Assembly: GCA_002687935.1 (NCBI GenBank)
Contig: NZBN01000002.1
Location: 38,484 to 102,483, forward strand
Reading direction: 5' to 3'
DNA from: Methanobacteriota archaeon
GTDB taxonomy: Archaea; Undinarchaeota; Undinarchaeia; Undinarchaeales; Undinarchaeaceae
Length of the DNA stretch: 64,000 nt
Part shown: piece after piece, positions 38,128 through 47,983 of the stretch
Layout: the number at the start of each line of letters is the position of its first letter
How positions within the stretch are numbered: the stretch's first letter is position 1
Made by a program: the position numbers and the translations under genes
Notes under the pieces: generated by a model
Databases searched by the model: none
What the model saw: only the letters and a program-made list of their open reading frames with translations
Told to the model about the DNA's origin: nothing

Positions 38128-39573
38128 TTAGTAACTTTTAGCGAAATATGCTCTATATTGAGACTTTTTAGCACATAGAACGCATTTACCGCTTCCATTC
38201 CCTTTATTGAAAGGTATACAACGGACGGTCGCAGTTGTTTCTTCTTGTATCCTTATCTCACAGTCTTCAGAGCCACACCATTGTGCTATAATGAAACCTC
38301 GAGAACTGTCCATCACTTTTTTGAACTCAGTATAGGACTTTACTTCGTGTGTATTATCCTTGAGGAATTTCCGTGCCGAGGAAAGCATATCCTTCTGCAT
38401 TTTTTCAAGTTCATCAGACGCAAATTTATTGAGTTCTGAAATCTTCACAAAAGTTTTTTTGCCTGTATCTCTGCGGACGACGACAGCCTGTTTCTTTTCG
38501 ACATCTTTGGGACCAATTTCTATTCGAAGTGGAACACCTACAAGCTCCCATTCATTGAATTTCCAGCCTGCTGAATAATTCTCACGGTCATCGAAATGAA
38601 CTACAATATCTTTTGAAAGTTTCTCTGCAATTTTCCTGGACGCGTCTAGAACCTTCTTCTTTGAATCCTCAAATAATATGGGAACTACAACTGCCTTTGT
38701 TTCGGCAATTTTGGGAGGAAGAACCAGACCTTTATCGTCTCCGTGTACCATAATGAGGGCACCGATAAGCCTTGTACTAACACCCCAGGAGGTCTGCCAG
38801 GCGAACTTTTTTTTCTCATCCTTATCTATAAATTTGATTTTGAAGGCCTTAGAGAAATTCTGACCAAGATTATGGGAAGTCCCCATTTGAAGTGCCTTCC
38901 CATCTGGCATAAGACCTTCAATAGTTGTAGTAGTAAGTGCACCGGCAAAGCGTTCTCTGTCAGTTTTGACTCCCTGAATAACAGGTATAGCGAGAAGAGA
39001 TTCACATAGGTCTTTGTAAGTATCAAGCTGCTGTCTTACTTCAATATCTGCATCTTCTCTTGTTGCGTGAACGGTATGACCTTCCTGCCAGAGAAATTCC
39101 CTAGTTCTAAGGAAAAGTTTTGTCATTTTCGTCTCATATCTGAATACAGAGCACCAGACATTGAGAAGCAGTGGAAGTTCACGCCAGCTCTTAATCCATT
39201 TTGAATAGGAATCGTACATTATCGTCTCTGACGTAGGTCGAAGCGCTAGGCGCTCTTCAACTTCATTTTCACCCTCATGACTTATCCAGAAAGCTTCTGG
39301 AGCAAAGCCCTCGATATGTTGAGCCTCCTTGGTCAAGAAACTCTCAGGAATAAGAGCAGGAAAATATGAATTTTTATGGCCGGTTTCTTTAAAACGGGCA
39401 TCAAGATAAGCCTGAATTTTTTCCCATATATTATATCCATTCGGTCTTATTGCCATAAAACCCTTAATTGCCGTGAAATCCGCCAACTCAGCTTTCAGAA
39501 CAAGTTGGTTGTACCACTCACCAAAGTCATCGTCCTTCTTGACTGTTATACCTGCTGTCTGCTCTTCTGCCAT
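38128..39573 (-). CDS. proS: Proline--tRNA ligase (archaeal/eukaryotic type)
   Basis: LRPTSET, FLRTREFLWQEGHT, QMGTSHNLGQNF, SWGVSTR, C-terminal AKSY. Confidence 0.97.
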   Translation of the reverse strand: MAEEQTAGITVKKDDDFGEWYNQLVLKAELADFTAIKGFMAIRPNGYNIWEKIQAYLDARFKETGHKNSYFPALIPESFLTKEAQHIEGFAPEAFWISHEGENEVEERLALRPTSETIMYDSYSKWIKSWRELPLLLNVWCSVFRYETKMTKLFLRTREFLWQEGHTVHATREDADIEVRQQLDTYKDLCESLLAIPVIQGVKTDRERFAGALTTTTIEGLMPDGKALQMGTSHNLGQNFSKAFKIKFIDKDEKKKFAWQTSWGVSTRLIGALIMVHGDDKGLVLPPKIAETKAVVVPILFEDSKKKVLDASRKIAEKLSKDIVVHFDDRENYSAGWKFNEWELVGVPLRIEIGPKDVEKKQAVVVRRDTGKKTFVKISELNKFASDELEKMQKDMLSSARKFLKDNTHEVKSYTEFKKVMDSSRGFIIAQWCGSEDCEIRIQEETTATVRCIPFNKGNGSGKCVLCAKKSQYRAYFAKSY

Positions 39574-39624
39574 GCTTTTCCTAAAGCCTTGTTCTTTAAT
39601 AAGTTTAGTGGAATGTATTAGTAA

Positions 39625-39698
39625 TGGGGCTGGGGAGATTTGAACTCCCGGCCACGTGACCCCCAGCCACGCATCATACCAAGCTAGACCACAGCCCC
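39625..39698 (-). tRNA. tRNA-Pro(GGG)
   Basis: Reverse complement GGGGCTG...CAGCCCCA, anticodon arm CGTGG-CTGGGGG-TCACG, T loop TTCAAAT. Confidence 0.95.
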
Positions 39699-39755
39699 CT
39701 TAGGGGCTTTTAATGAATCGTAACAGATATAAGCACTTCTCCCCCCTATAGAAAT

Positions 39756-40328
39756 ATGGCGAGAAAGAAGATTGACCTTGGAGAGCATTTTTCCAGGCAT
39801 CTACATGACATCCTTCTATATCCGAAGGCCGCAATCAGGAGAATACTCAAAGAAGATAGTAACATAATGGGGCTATGGATTCCAGCCTTTGTAGTAGTAG
39901 GAGCTGCCATACTGACCTCACTCGGAAGCGCAATCTGGAGCATCATCATAACTGATTCAGCACTCATCGGACTGATGGAGGTGGCAAAGTTCTACCTGAG
40001 CTTCGTCGTTCTTCCATTCTGGTACCTGAGTTTGTGGATTGTCTGGGCGCTTGCAATACATTTTATGGCATCAGTGTTCACTGGCAAGGACATAACAAAC
40101 TGGGATGTTTTCTATAGAACTATGAAGATAGTAGGAATTGCTTGGGCACCGCTTTTCCTTAACATACTACCATTCTTCATAAGAATAACATGGTTCTGGT
40201 GGATTTATCTGGTCTTCTGGGGGGTAAAATACAACTATCACGCTTCCAAAAAGATTTCCTTCCTTGTTGTATTGCCGGCACTATTTATTGAAGTACTAAA
40301 ACTTTACACTTTATTAGGCGCATTATAG
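39756..40328 (+). CDS. YIP1-like membrane protein
   Basis: ILLYPKAAI N-terminal motif plus 5 hydrophobic helices. Confidence 0.65.
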   Translation: MARKKIDLGEHFSRHLHDILLYPKAAIRRILKEDSNIMGLWIPAFVVVGAAILTSLGSAIWSIIITDSALIGLMEVAKFYLSFVVLPFWYLSLWIVWALAIHFMASVFTGKDITNWDVFYRTMKIVGIAWAPLFLNILPFFIRITWFWWIYLVFWGVKYNYHASKKISFLVVLPALFIEVLKLYTLLGAL

Positions 40329-40368
40329 ACAGGTTATTTAACCTGTTTTGAAATTATAATTAACTAAG

Positions 40369-40452
40369 GCGGGGATTCCAGAGCGGTCAAATGGGCAGGA
40401 TTTAAGCTCCTGTGGCTTAGTGCCTTCGCGGGTTCGAATCCCTCTCCCCGCA
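40369..40452 (+). tRNA. tRNA-Leu(TAA)
   Basis: Acceptor GCGGGGA/TCCCCGC, anticodon arm CAGGA-TTTAAGC-TCCTG, long variable arm; one C-T mismatch in T stem. Confidence 0.93.
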
Positions 40453-40629
40453 TAGCTACCATTGGTTCATTGCCCAACTTCTCCTTATATATGCCCTTTT
40501 TCTTCAGGAGAAACTATGAAAGGAAAAAATATGTCTGCCACAAATCCAGCACCTCTTCATAATAAATCTATAAGACCTTACAATATTTAAGTTAGTAACT
40601 TACTCAAGAAAAAACGGAAAGGAATATTT

Positions 40630-40892
40630 TCAAAGTTCGTCGATTTTGGCAGCCATTATAAAAACATTTACGCTGAGACCACCAATAGCATGAGTCCAGA
40701 AGGAGATAGTGACTTTACCCCAGGTAAACTCTATATTCGGGTGATGTCCCTGCTCAGAACAAATTGATTGAGCGCTTCTATAGTTTCCCAACCTTCTACT
40801 CGCTCAAGATTCTTTTGCAAATCCCCACCCTTCAAAGGGGGAACTCCGCCTTCACAAGGTTTGCACTTCATTTTTGTAAGCTCATATCCCAT
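40630..40892 (-). pseudogene. phhB: Pterin-4a-carbinolamine dehydratase (PhhB/PCD), internally deleted and frameshifted
   Basis: Frame 1 MGYELTKMKCKPCEGGVPPL...EGWETIE; other frame EQGHHPNIEFTWGKVTISFWTHAIGGLSVNVFIMAAKIDEL; central FxF segment absent. Confidence 0.8.
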
Positions 40893-40923
40893 AGAGGGGG
40901 GTTAAAGCTGCGAAATATAAAAG

Positions 40924-43536
40924 CTATTTGGTCAAGTGCATCACAAGATAGGTCAGGGGAGTCACAACAAGGAGTCCAATAGCTATCTGAATCCACGCAG
41001 CAAGGTCCAAGGGAATTATTCCGAAGAACTGTGCCAAGGGAGTGTAGATTATAGTGAGTTGTAGAGCAAGTGATGTAAGAACAGCAGCGACGAGCCAGTG
41101 ATTACTGAATAGCCTATGACCAAATACATTTCTTAGAATTTCAAGTCGAGCAAATTCATAGGCTACAATAGCTGTGAATGCAATAGTCCTTGCCCTCGTA
41201 ATATCTGGCAGATTAATATAATATAGGGTCAAGATAGTAAGACCGAGAACCAGACCGCTGGAAACCACACGAGTCAGAAGCTTTGCATTAACAATTGACT
41301 TGGACCTATCCCGGGGAGCTTTCAGCATGATTCCTGCTGTCGCTCTGTCGACACCCAAGGCAAGAGCAGGAAGCCCGTCGGTGAGAAGATTTATCCACAA
41401 GAGCATAACTGCCGTGAGAGGAAGTCCCAAACCAAGCATTGAAGCCAGGAAAACCACTGTGACTTCCCCGACATTTTCAGACAAAAGGAAGGTTACAAAC
41501 TTTCGTATGTTATCATAGATTCTTCTGCCCTCTTCTATGGCATTTCCAATAGTTGCAAAATTGTCGTCAAGAAGTATCATATCGCTTGCTTCTTTTGAAA
41601 CATCAGTTCCCCGGATTCCCATGGCAATTCCGACATCAGACTCCTTCAGAGCCGGAGAATCATTTACGCCGTCTCCAGTCATCGCAACAAGATGGCCTTC
41701 TGATTTAAGAAGATTCAGTATTCTGAATTTATGAAGAGGGTCAACACGAGCAAAAATACTAATTGTCTTAAGTTTTTCAAGAAGAAACTCGTCACTCATA
41801 TTCTCTAAATCTTTTCCTTCAACAGCTCCAGAGGAGGGTAGGTTTAACTCCTCTGCGACTGCAAGCGCAGTTCCTTTGCTATCCCCAGTCATCATAATAA
41901 CGCGGATTCCTGCACTTCTAACTTTCATTATAGCACCTTTTACCTCTGCACGAGGAGGGTCTATCATACCCTGCAAACCAAGGAAGGTAAGTCCTTCCTC
42001 TGCCTTGGAATTAAAGGACATGTCTTTATACGCAAAGGCAAGAACACGGAGAGCATTTCCTGAAAACTCAGACTCAGCTTCCAATATTCGCTTTTTTAAA
42101 TCCTTTGTAAGATTTACAACTTTTCCATTCTCATAGGTCTTTGTACATTTGTCAAGAACTACACTTAGTGCCCCTTTTGCAAAAGCTATTTTTTTACCAC
42201 GGTGCCCATGTACCGTAGTCATCATTTTTCTTTCAGAAGTAAATGGAATCTCGTGGACTCTTTTGTATTCACGTTCTGCATTTACTTTGTTAATACCTCC
42301 TTTCATTGCACTAACTATGAGAGCAACTTCAGTAGGGTCTCCGAGAAAACTGCGTTTTTCATCTTCATGAGAAAACTCTGCATTGTTACAGAGAATACCC
42401 GAGAGAAGGAGTTTTTCAACTGTAGAAGGCTTAACGGGATTTCCTTTATGTGTAAAATCACCAGTAGACTCATAACCAGCCCCGGAAATTGTATAGATTT
42501 TACCTCCTTGATAGAGCTTTCTTACAGTCATTCTGTTTTCAGTGAGTGTTCCAGTTTTGTCAGTACAAATAACATCAACTGAACCCAATTCCTCAGTAAC
42601 AGGGAGCTTCCTGATGAGAGCATTTCTCTTGACCATTCTGTTCGCACCCATAGCAAGAGAAAGAGTAACTACTGCAGGAAGACCCTCAGGTATTGCCGCA
42701 ACTGCAAGACTTACCGCAAGAAGGAAGGTTTCAATAGGACTTGCAGAATAGATGAAAAATTGAGAAAGACCGACAATGAAGGCAACAGTTATTACCATAA
42801 GACCTATTTTCTTACCGATGTTATCCAATTCTATTTGAAAACGAGTCCGAGGAGTCTCAATTTCCTGAAGTTTGTAGGCAATCTTACCTATTTCTGTGTC
42901 CATTCCTGTAGAAACGGCAACAGCAAGACCTTTTCCTCTGACCACATTTGTGTGCATGAAGCACATATTCTTCCTGTCCGCAATTGAAACGGCTTTAGCA
43001 ATAGCTTTTACAATTTTTGAAACAGTCCCACTTTCACCAGTAAGAGAAGACTCGTCGAGACCAATGCTGATATTTTCAATGAGCCTGCTGTCAGCAGGAA
43101 CTGACTCTCCTTCTTCAAGAACGAGGATATCCCCTGGAACTACTTCAGATGAAGGAATTAGGGTCTGCCGTCCGTCCCTAAGAACTTTAGTCTTTGCTTT
43201 GGCAAGATTTCGAAGTGCCTCTATGCTTTTTTCAGCTCTGTAATCCTGTATAAAGCCAAAAACACCATTCAAAGCTACAATCATAAAAATAAGAATGCTG
43301 TCAACAGTCTCTCCTACGAAGAAAGCAATAGAGGCTGCAGCAAGAAGGACCAGGACCAGAAAATTTGAAAATTGATGAAGGAAGATTGAAATAGGAGATA
43401 TTTTTTTAAGCTCTACAATTTCATTAAGTCCGTATTTCTCCAGCCTTTCCTTTGCATCCTCTGAAGAAAGACCAGTCTCTGAACTCTTCAAATTGGAAAT
43501 AACTTCCTTTGGCTGCAACTCAGAGAGATTGACCAT
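40924..43536 (-). CDS. P-type ATPase, type IIA (Ca2+/Mn2+ transporting)
   Basis: [35 protein letters not shown]. Confidence 0.95.
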   Translation of the reverse strand: MVNLSELQPKEVISNLKSSETGLSSEDAKERLEKYGLNEIVELKKISPISIFLHQFSNFLVLVLLAAASIAFFVGETVDSILIFMIVALNGVFGFIQDYRAEKSIEALRNLAKAKTKVLRDGRQTLIPSSEVVPGDILVLEEGESVPADSRLIENISIGLDESSLTGESGTVSKIVKAIAKAVSIADRKNMCFMHTNVVRGKGLAVAVSTGMDTEIGKIAYKLQEIETPRTRFQIELDNIGKKIGLMVITVAFIVGLSQFFIYSASPIETFLLAVSLAVAAIPEGLPAVVTLSLAMGANRMVKRNALIRKLPVTEELGSVDVICTDKTGTLTENRMTVRKLYQGGKIYTISGAGYESTGDFTHKGNPVKPSTVEKLLLSGILCNNAEFSHEDEKRSFLGDPTEVALIVSAMKGGINKVNAEREYKRVHEIPFTSERKMMTTVHGHRGKKIAFAKGALSVVLDKCTKTYENGKVVNLTKDLKKRILEAESEFSGNALRVLAFAYKDMSFNSKAEEGLTFLGLQGMIDPPRAEVKGAIMKVRSAGIRVIMMTGDSKGTALAVAEELNLPSSGAVEGKDLENMSDEFLLEKLKTISIFARVDPLHKFRILNLLKSEGHLVAMTGDGVNDSPALKESDVGIAMGIRGTDVSKEASDMILLDDNFATIGNAIEEGRRIYDNIRKFVTFLLSENVGEVTVVFLASMLGLGLPLTAVMLLWINLLTDGLPALALGVDRATAGIMLKAPRDRSKSIVNAKLLTRVVSSGLVLGLTILTLYYINLPDITRARTIAFTAIVAYEFARLEILRNVFGHRLFSNHWLVAAVLTSLALQLTIIYTPLAQFFGIIPLDLAAWIQIAIGLLVVTPLTYLVMHLTK

Positions 43537-43571
43537 TGCTAATAATATCAAATCCTAGTATTTAACTTTCA

Positions 43572-43943
43572 TTATACTTTAAGGACAAGACATTCTGTAA
43601 TTATATCGTGCAGACCTTGTTTTTTCTTTGTAAAGGCTATCATAAAAAAGCCAATGCCAAGAATAAGTCCGGACAGTATTTTCCCAAAATGCCTTCCAGT
43701 TGCTCGGAGGAAGCTTATTCTGCGCCCCTTCAAATCAGTTACTTTCAAGCCAAGAAGCATTTTACCGAGAGTTGCCTGGTATTCTGAACTCTCCATATAT
43801 GCGTAATAGAGCCATATATAGATAAGTGGGGGCACAAAAGGTAGAAGAGATATTAAAATAACAAAAGGAATAAATAAAATAAATCCGTCAAGAATCCATG
43901 CAAAAAATCTAAGCCAGAACCCTGCATATTTTCTTCTTACCAT
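43572..43943 (-). CDS. RDD family protein
   Basis: YAGFWLRFFAWILD, QATLGK, KQGLHD. Confidence 0.9.
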   Translation of the reverse strand: MVRRKYAGFWLRFFAWILDGFILFIPFVILISLLPFVPPLIYIWLYYAYMESSEYQATLGKMLLGLKVTDLKGRRISFLRATGRHFGKILSGLILGIGFFMIAFTKKKQGLHDIITECLVLKV

Positions 43944-44050
43944 ATATTTGATTGAACTAGTACGATATAATAGCTTTTCCAATCTAGCATAAAGTTAATA
44001 AACCCAAAGCTACAGATAATGTCTCTATCGTTATATTGGAGGACTAAAAT

Positions 44051-44353
44051 ATGCAATACGTATATGGAGCACTTCTTCTGCACTCTGCAGGAAAGCCAGT
44101 GGATGAAGCATCCTTGAAAAAGGTTGTCGAAGCATCAGGAACAGCAACTGACGAAGCGCAGGTAAAGGCGCTTGTTGCAAGTCTTGACGGCGTCGACATA
44201 GAACAGGCAATAAAGGAAGCCGCAATCCCAGTAGCTGCACCAGCAGCTGCAAGCCCAGAAGAGGGCGGAGGAGCAAAGGAAGAAAAGTCTGCAGAAGATG
44301 AGGCAAAGGAAGAAGAAGCCGCATCTGCAGGTCTAAGCGCTCTATTTGGTTAA
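44051..44353 (+). CDS. rpl12: 50S ribosomal stalk protein L12 (aP1)
   Basis: MQYVYGALLLH; Ala/Glu hinge; C-terminal GLSALFG. Confidence 0.97.
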   Translation: MQYVYGALLLHSAGKPVDEASLKKVVEASGTATDEAQVKALVASLDGVDIEQAIKEAAIPVAAPAAASPEEGGGAKEEKSAEDEAKEEEAASAGLSALFG

Positions 44354-44354
44354 A

Positions 44355-44672
44355 ATGGGAGGCCTTGAAGCTCTTACCACAGAAGTGAAGAATCATTTTG
44401 CGAGCGGGGGCGCACTTTCATATATTTCCAGAAAAGGAGGAGTCCACATATTATTCAAAGACCGTGAGGATTCTCCAATGTATTTCGCATATATTTGTCC
44501 GGACTGCGGGCATGAAGAGGCAGGAGAATCGGATGAGTTCAAAAAACCATATACAATAAAATGTTCAGAATGTGGAGTTATAGTATACAAACAAGAAAAG
44601 GTCAAGAAAGGTGGCGGAAGAAAGAAGGAGGAGCCAGTAGAAGCAGTTGAAAAAAAGGCTTTCAGAGCCTAG
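44355..44672 (+). CDS. Small zinc-ribbon protein
   Basis: CPDCG...CSECG, basic tail; 1 nt after rpl12. Confidence 0.7.
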   Translation: MGGLEALTTEVKNHFASGGALSYISRKGGVHILFKDREDSPMYFAYICPDCGHEEAGESDEFKKPYTIKCSECGVIVYKQEKVKKGGGRKKEEPVEAVEKKAFRA

Positions 44673-44680
44673 TTATATAA

Positions 44681-45394
44681 TTAAAATACCAAGACAGGCA
44701 TCATCATTACAAGAACCAGCAGCGCGAGGACTATAAGGAGTCCTTTTCTGGCTTCAATGTAATTTAAACCAAAGGCCATCAAGGAACCGCCAAGAAGTCC
44801 ACCGATATGTGCACTGTGAGAAATTCCACCAGATACATTTCCTGAGAGGAAGAGTGGAATTGTTGCAACTGTATAAAGAACCGCAGCAAGAGCTATAGGA
44901 AGTGGAATTAGAAAGGGCATAGGACTAATTTTGAAAGGACGCATTAAAGTCAGATATGCCATCAGACCAAAGATTGCACCACTTGCACCGACAACCGACG
45001 CACGGGGAGTAGAAGTAAGTATGAAAAAACCTCCTGCGATAACACCTGAAGCAAGATAAACAAAAATCATCTGACCAGCTCCAAATTCTCGTTCAACATG
45101 ATAACCGAAGAAAAGAAGGGCTACAGAATTTAAGAAGAGATGAGCAAAATTGGCATGTAAAAACATGTATGTAACAAGTGCATAACCTGCATTTTTGGAA
45201 ATGGCAGTACCAGAGAGCATATAATCATAGAGAAGACGTGGGTCAGTAAGAGAAATATAGCTAAATATTGCAATATTCAGAATAACCAGCCATGCAACTT
45301 TCTTACGCTCCTTAAAAGAAAGTACTATGACAACAAAAAGATATGCAAGCCCAATCAGAAGCAAGAGACTTGTAAGAAGCTCAGCATATACCAT
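44681..45394 (-). CDS. Rhomboid intramembrane serine protease
   Basis: FLHANFAHLFLN, GASGAIFG, AHIGG. Confidence 0.93.
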   Translation of the reverse strand: MVYAELLTSLLLLIGLAYLFVVIVLSFKERKKVAWLVILNIAIFSYISLTDPRLLYDYMLSGTAISKNAGYALVTYMFLHANFAHLFLNSVALLFFGYHVEREFGAGQMIFVYLASGVIAGGFFILTSTPRASVVGASGAIFGLMAYLTLMRPFKISPMPFLIPLPIALAAVLYTVATIPLFLSGNVSGGISHSAHIGGLLGGSLMAFGLNYIEARKGLLIVLALLVLVMMMPVLVF

Positions 45395-45471
45395 ATAATC
45401 TGTAGAAAAGGCCAAGTTATAAACTTGATGCTCCCTGCTCATATTTATAGTCCTCTCTCTTATTGAAAAAT

Positions 45472-46710
45472 ATGAGAGTTGCGATAATATCTGACCTACA
45501 TTTTGGATTTGCGAATACTTCAGAAAGAGAGGAAGATTCATTTATACAGGGGAGCGAAGCAATTGAACTGGCGCTTGAAGGTGGGGCAGATTTAATATTA
45601 ATAGCTGGTGATGTTTTTGACTCACGAATACCAACACAAGATGTACTCGCAAAGGCTATGGAAATATTCCAGGAGCCTCTGCACGCAAAGAGTTCAGACA
45701 TTAAAATTCTTGACTCAATTAATAAAAAACGAGGAGAAATAGCACAGGCACCTTTCAAGGGAGTTCCAGTCATAGCAATTCATGGAACACATGAAAGACG
45801 AGGTAGGGGATTAACAAATCCATTGCATGTGAGTGAAAAGGCAGGACTTATTGTACATCTTCACTGTCAGACAATAGTTCTTGAGCTAAATGGAGAAAAA
45901 CTTGCAGTGCATGGATTTTCAGGAGTCCCCGAAAGATACGCAAAGGACGTTTTAGAGGAGTGGAACCCAAAAGCGATAGAAGGAGCAACAAATATAATGC
46001 TTCTACACCAGAACATTGATGAATTTCTTTACACCGGTACAGATTTTAAATCCCTTGAATTGGCAGATATGCCAAAAGATTTTGATTTAATTGTGAACGG
46101 ACATATACACTGGTCGTGCCAGGCTGAGCTTAAACAGGGAGGAAAATTCCTGATACCCGGCTCAACAATCAGAACACAGCTTACAAAACAAGAGTCAGAG
46201 ATTGAAAAGGGAATTTATTTTTTTGAGAACGGAGAACTTGAATTCAAAAAACTTGAAAGTCCGAGAGACTTCCATTATAAAACTATAGAAACAGAAGAAG
46301 GAACACCTAGCAGCATAGTTTCCGATATAGAATCTGTTTTAAAGGAAATACCAAAGAAAGATAAAAGACCACTTGTTAAAATAATATTGAAAGGGAGCCT
46401 GAAAAAAGGTTACTCAAAGACAGATATATTCATAACAGAACTTGGGGAAAAATTTAAAGGAGACCTGATCTTAAGAATCGCAAAGAATCAGTTGGAATCT
46501 AAGTCTGTTTTGGACAGAACAGAGCTGCTTTCCAAGAATGTGGGAAGGGCTCTATCCATAGAAGAACGGGGACAGGAACTCTTGAAAATGCACCTTGAAG
46601 GAGTAAATTTTGTCTTTGGGATAGCTCAAGACGAGCTTCTTGGAATACTATCCGAAGACAGTAAAGAAATAGCACTAAAGAAAATAAAAGAGGCAATAAA
46701 AATTGGCTAA
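45472..46710 (+). CDS. mre11: DNA double-strand break repair nuclease Mre11
   Basis: SDLHFG, AGDVFD, IHGTHE, LHQ, NGHIH, PGS. Confidence 0.9.
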   Translation: MRVAIISDLHFGFANTSEREEDSFIQGSEAIELALEGGADLILIAGDVFDSRIPTQDVLAKAMEIFQEPLHAKSSDIKILDSINKKRGEIAQAPFKGVPVIAIHGTHERRGRGLTNPLHVSEKAGLIVHLHCQTIVLELNGEKLAVHGFSGVPERYAKDVLEEWNPKAIEGATNIMLLHQNIDEFLYTGTDFKSLELADMPKDFDLIVNGHIHWSCQAELKQGGKFLIPGSTIRTQLTKQESEIEKGIYFFENGELEFKKLESPRDFHYKTIETEEGTPSSIVSDIESVLKEIPKKDKRPLVKIILKGSLKKGYSKTDIFITELGEKFKGDLILRIAKNQLESKSVLDRTELLSKNVGRALSIEERGQELLKMHLEGVNFVFGIAQDELLGILSEDSKEIALKKIKEAIKIG

Positions 46711-47965
46711 AAAGAAACTTGAATTTGTGGACCTGGTATTTTTCGGAATAGGTGCTATTGTAGGAACTGGAATTTTTGTCATACCATCTCTTGCAGCCAG
46801 TCTTGCTGATTCGGCATCTTTCTGGGTCTGGCTTGAATTGGGAATGTTGACAATATTCATGGCACTTTGTTTTGCAGAATTTTCAAGTGTATACCCCAGA
46901 GCAGGAGGACTACACCAGTTTGTGAATGAAACATTCGGGCGCTTTGCAGGATTTATGTCAGGATGGATTGCCTGGCTGATAAGCTGGTTCACAATATCCT
47001 CTCTTGCAGTAGCTTTCAGTTATTATATCAGCTACTTCATCCCACTTAGTGATGCCATGATACCGATGGTTGCAATAGGTATTCTGATCCTTACTACCAT
47101 AATTAATATGAGAGGAATGCACTGGGGTCTCACAACACAATACATATTGACCTCAGCATCGATACTTGTTCTCTGGTTTTTTGTGACATGGGGAGTATAT
47201 TGGATAGATGTTTCAAACTATGTACCAAAAACGACGATAACAATTACATCAATGTTTGCTGCTGCTGTGTTCGTTATAGAACCCTTCATAGGCTGGGAAA
47301 CAATTACTTTCTTTGCCAGTGATTCTGAAAATCCAACAAGAGATGTTCCAAGAGCCATAATATATTCTAGTGTTTTTGTAACCATACTTTATTCCGCAGT
47401 CATTTTCGTAACTCTTGGACTGCTCACTTCAGGACAACTTAGTGAATCTATATCTCCTCTGGCAGATGCAGCCAATGTATTCCTGAACCCATGGGGAGGA
47501 TGGATTGTTGGACTTGGAGCAGTTGCAATACTTCTTGGATGCATAAACAGCTGGATTGTCAGCACAGGAAGGCTTCCGGCTTCACTGGCTCACGAAGGAT
47601 ATTTCCCGACGTTCCTTGGAAAAATTAACAAGAAAACCGGAGTCCCCACGCGAGGACTTCTTTCTCAGCTATTCTTCGCCTCAATTGCAGTTTATTTCGC
47701 AGGATTTGAAGCACTAATATATGTTCTTGTCTCTCTGGCTATGATGCTATATTTGATATTATTCATCGCAATACCCTTCCACAGACGTCTTGGCAAGGAA
47801 ATTCCATTTAAAATACCTTTGAACCCACTAGTCCCGATTATATCAATAATTGTTTCATTGTTTGTACTGGTTAATGTCGAAAGACTTTACCTGATGATAG
47901 CACTAGGTCTGGTATTAGTTGGAGTTTTTGTATATTTCACAAGCCTTAAATTCATAAAGAGATAA
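46703..47965 (+). CDS. APC family amino acid permease
   Basis: GAIVGTGIF, YPRAGG, FIGWE...SENPTRDVPRAI; about 12 TM helices. Confidence 0.92.
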   Translation: MAKKKLEFVDLVFFGIGAIVGTGIFVIPSLAASLADSASFWVWLELGMLTIFMALCFAEFSSVYPRAGGLHQFVNETFGRFAGFMSGWIAWLISWFTISSLAVAFSYYISYFIPLSDAMIPMVAIGILILTTIINMRGMHWGLTTQYILTSASILVLWFFVTWGVYWIDVSNYVPKTTITITSMFAAAVFVIEPFIGWETITFFASDSENPTRDVPRAIIYSSVFVTILYSAVIFVTLGLLTSGQLSESISPLADAANVFLNPWGGWIVGLGAVAILLGCINSWIVSTGRLPASLAHEGYFPTFLGKINKKTGVPTRGLLSQLFFASIAVYFAGFEALIYVLVSLAMMLYLILFIAIPFHRRLGKEIPFKIPLNPLVPIISIIVSLFVLVNVERLYLMIALGLVLVGVFVYFTSLKFIKR

Positions 47966-47983
47966 GCTCTTAAGGGGGGAGTA

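Noticed and set aside
40500-40560. Selenocysteine or TGA read-through in the small Cys-rich ORF
   Set aside because: The read-through sequence is not more protein-like and I recognised no SECIS-like element
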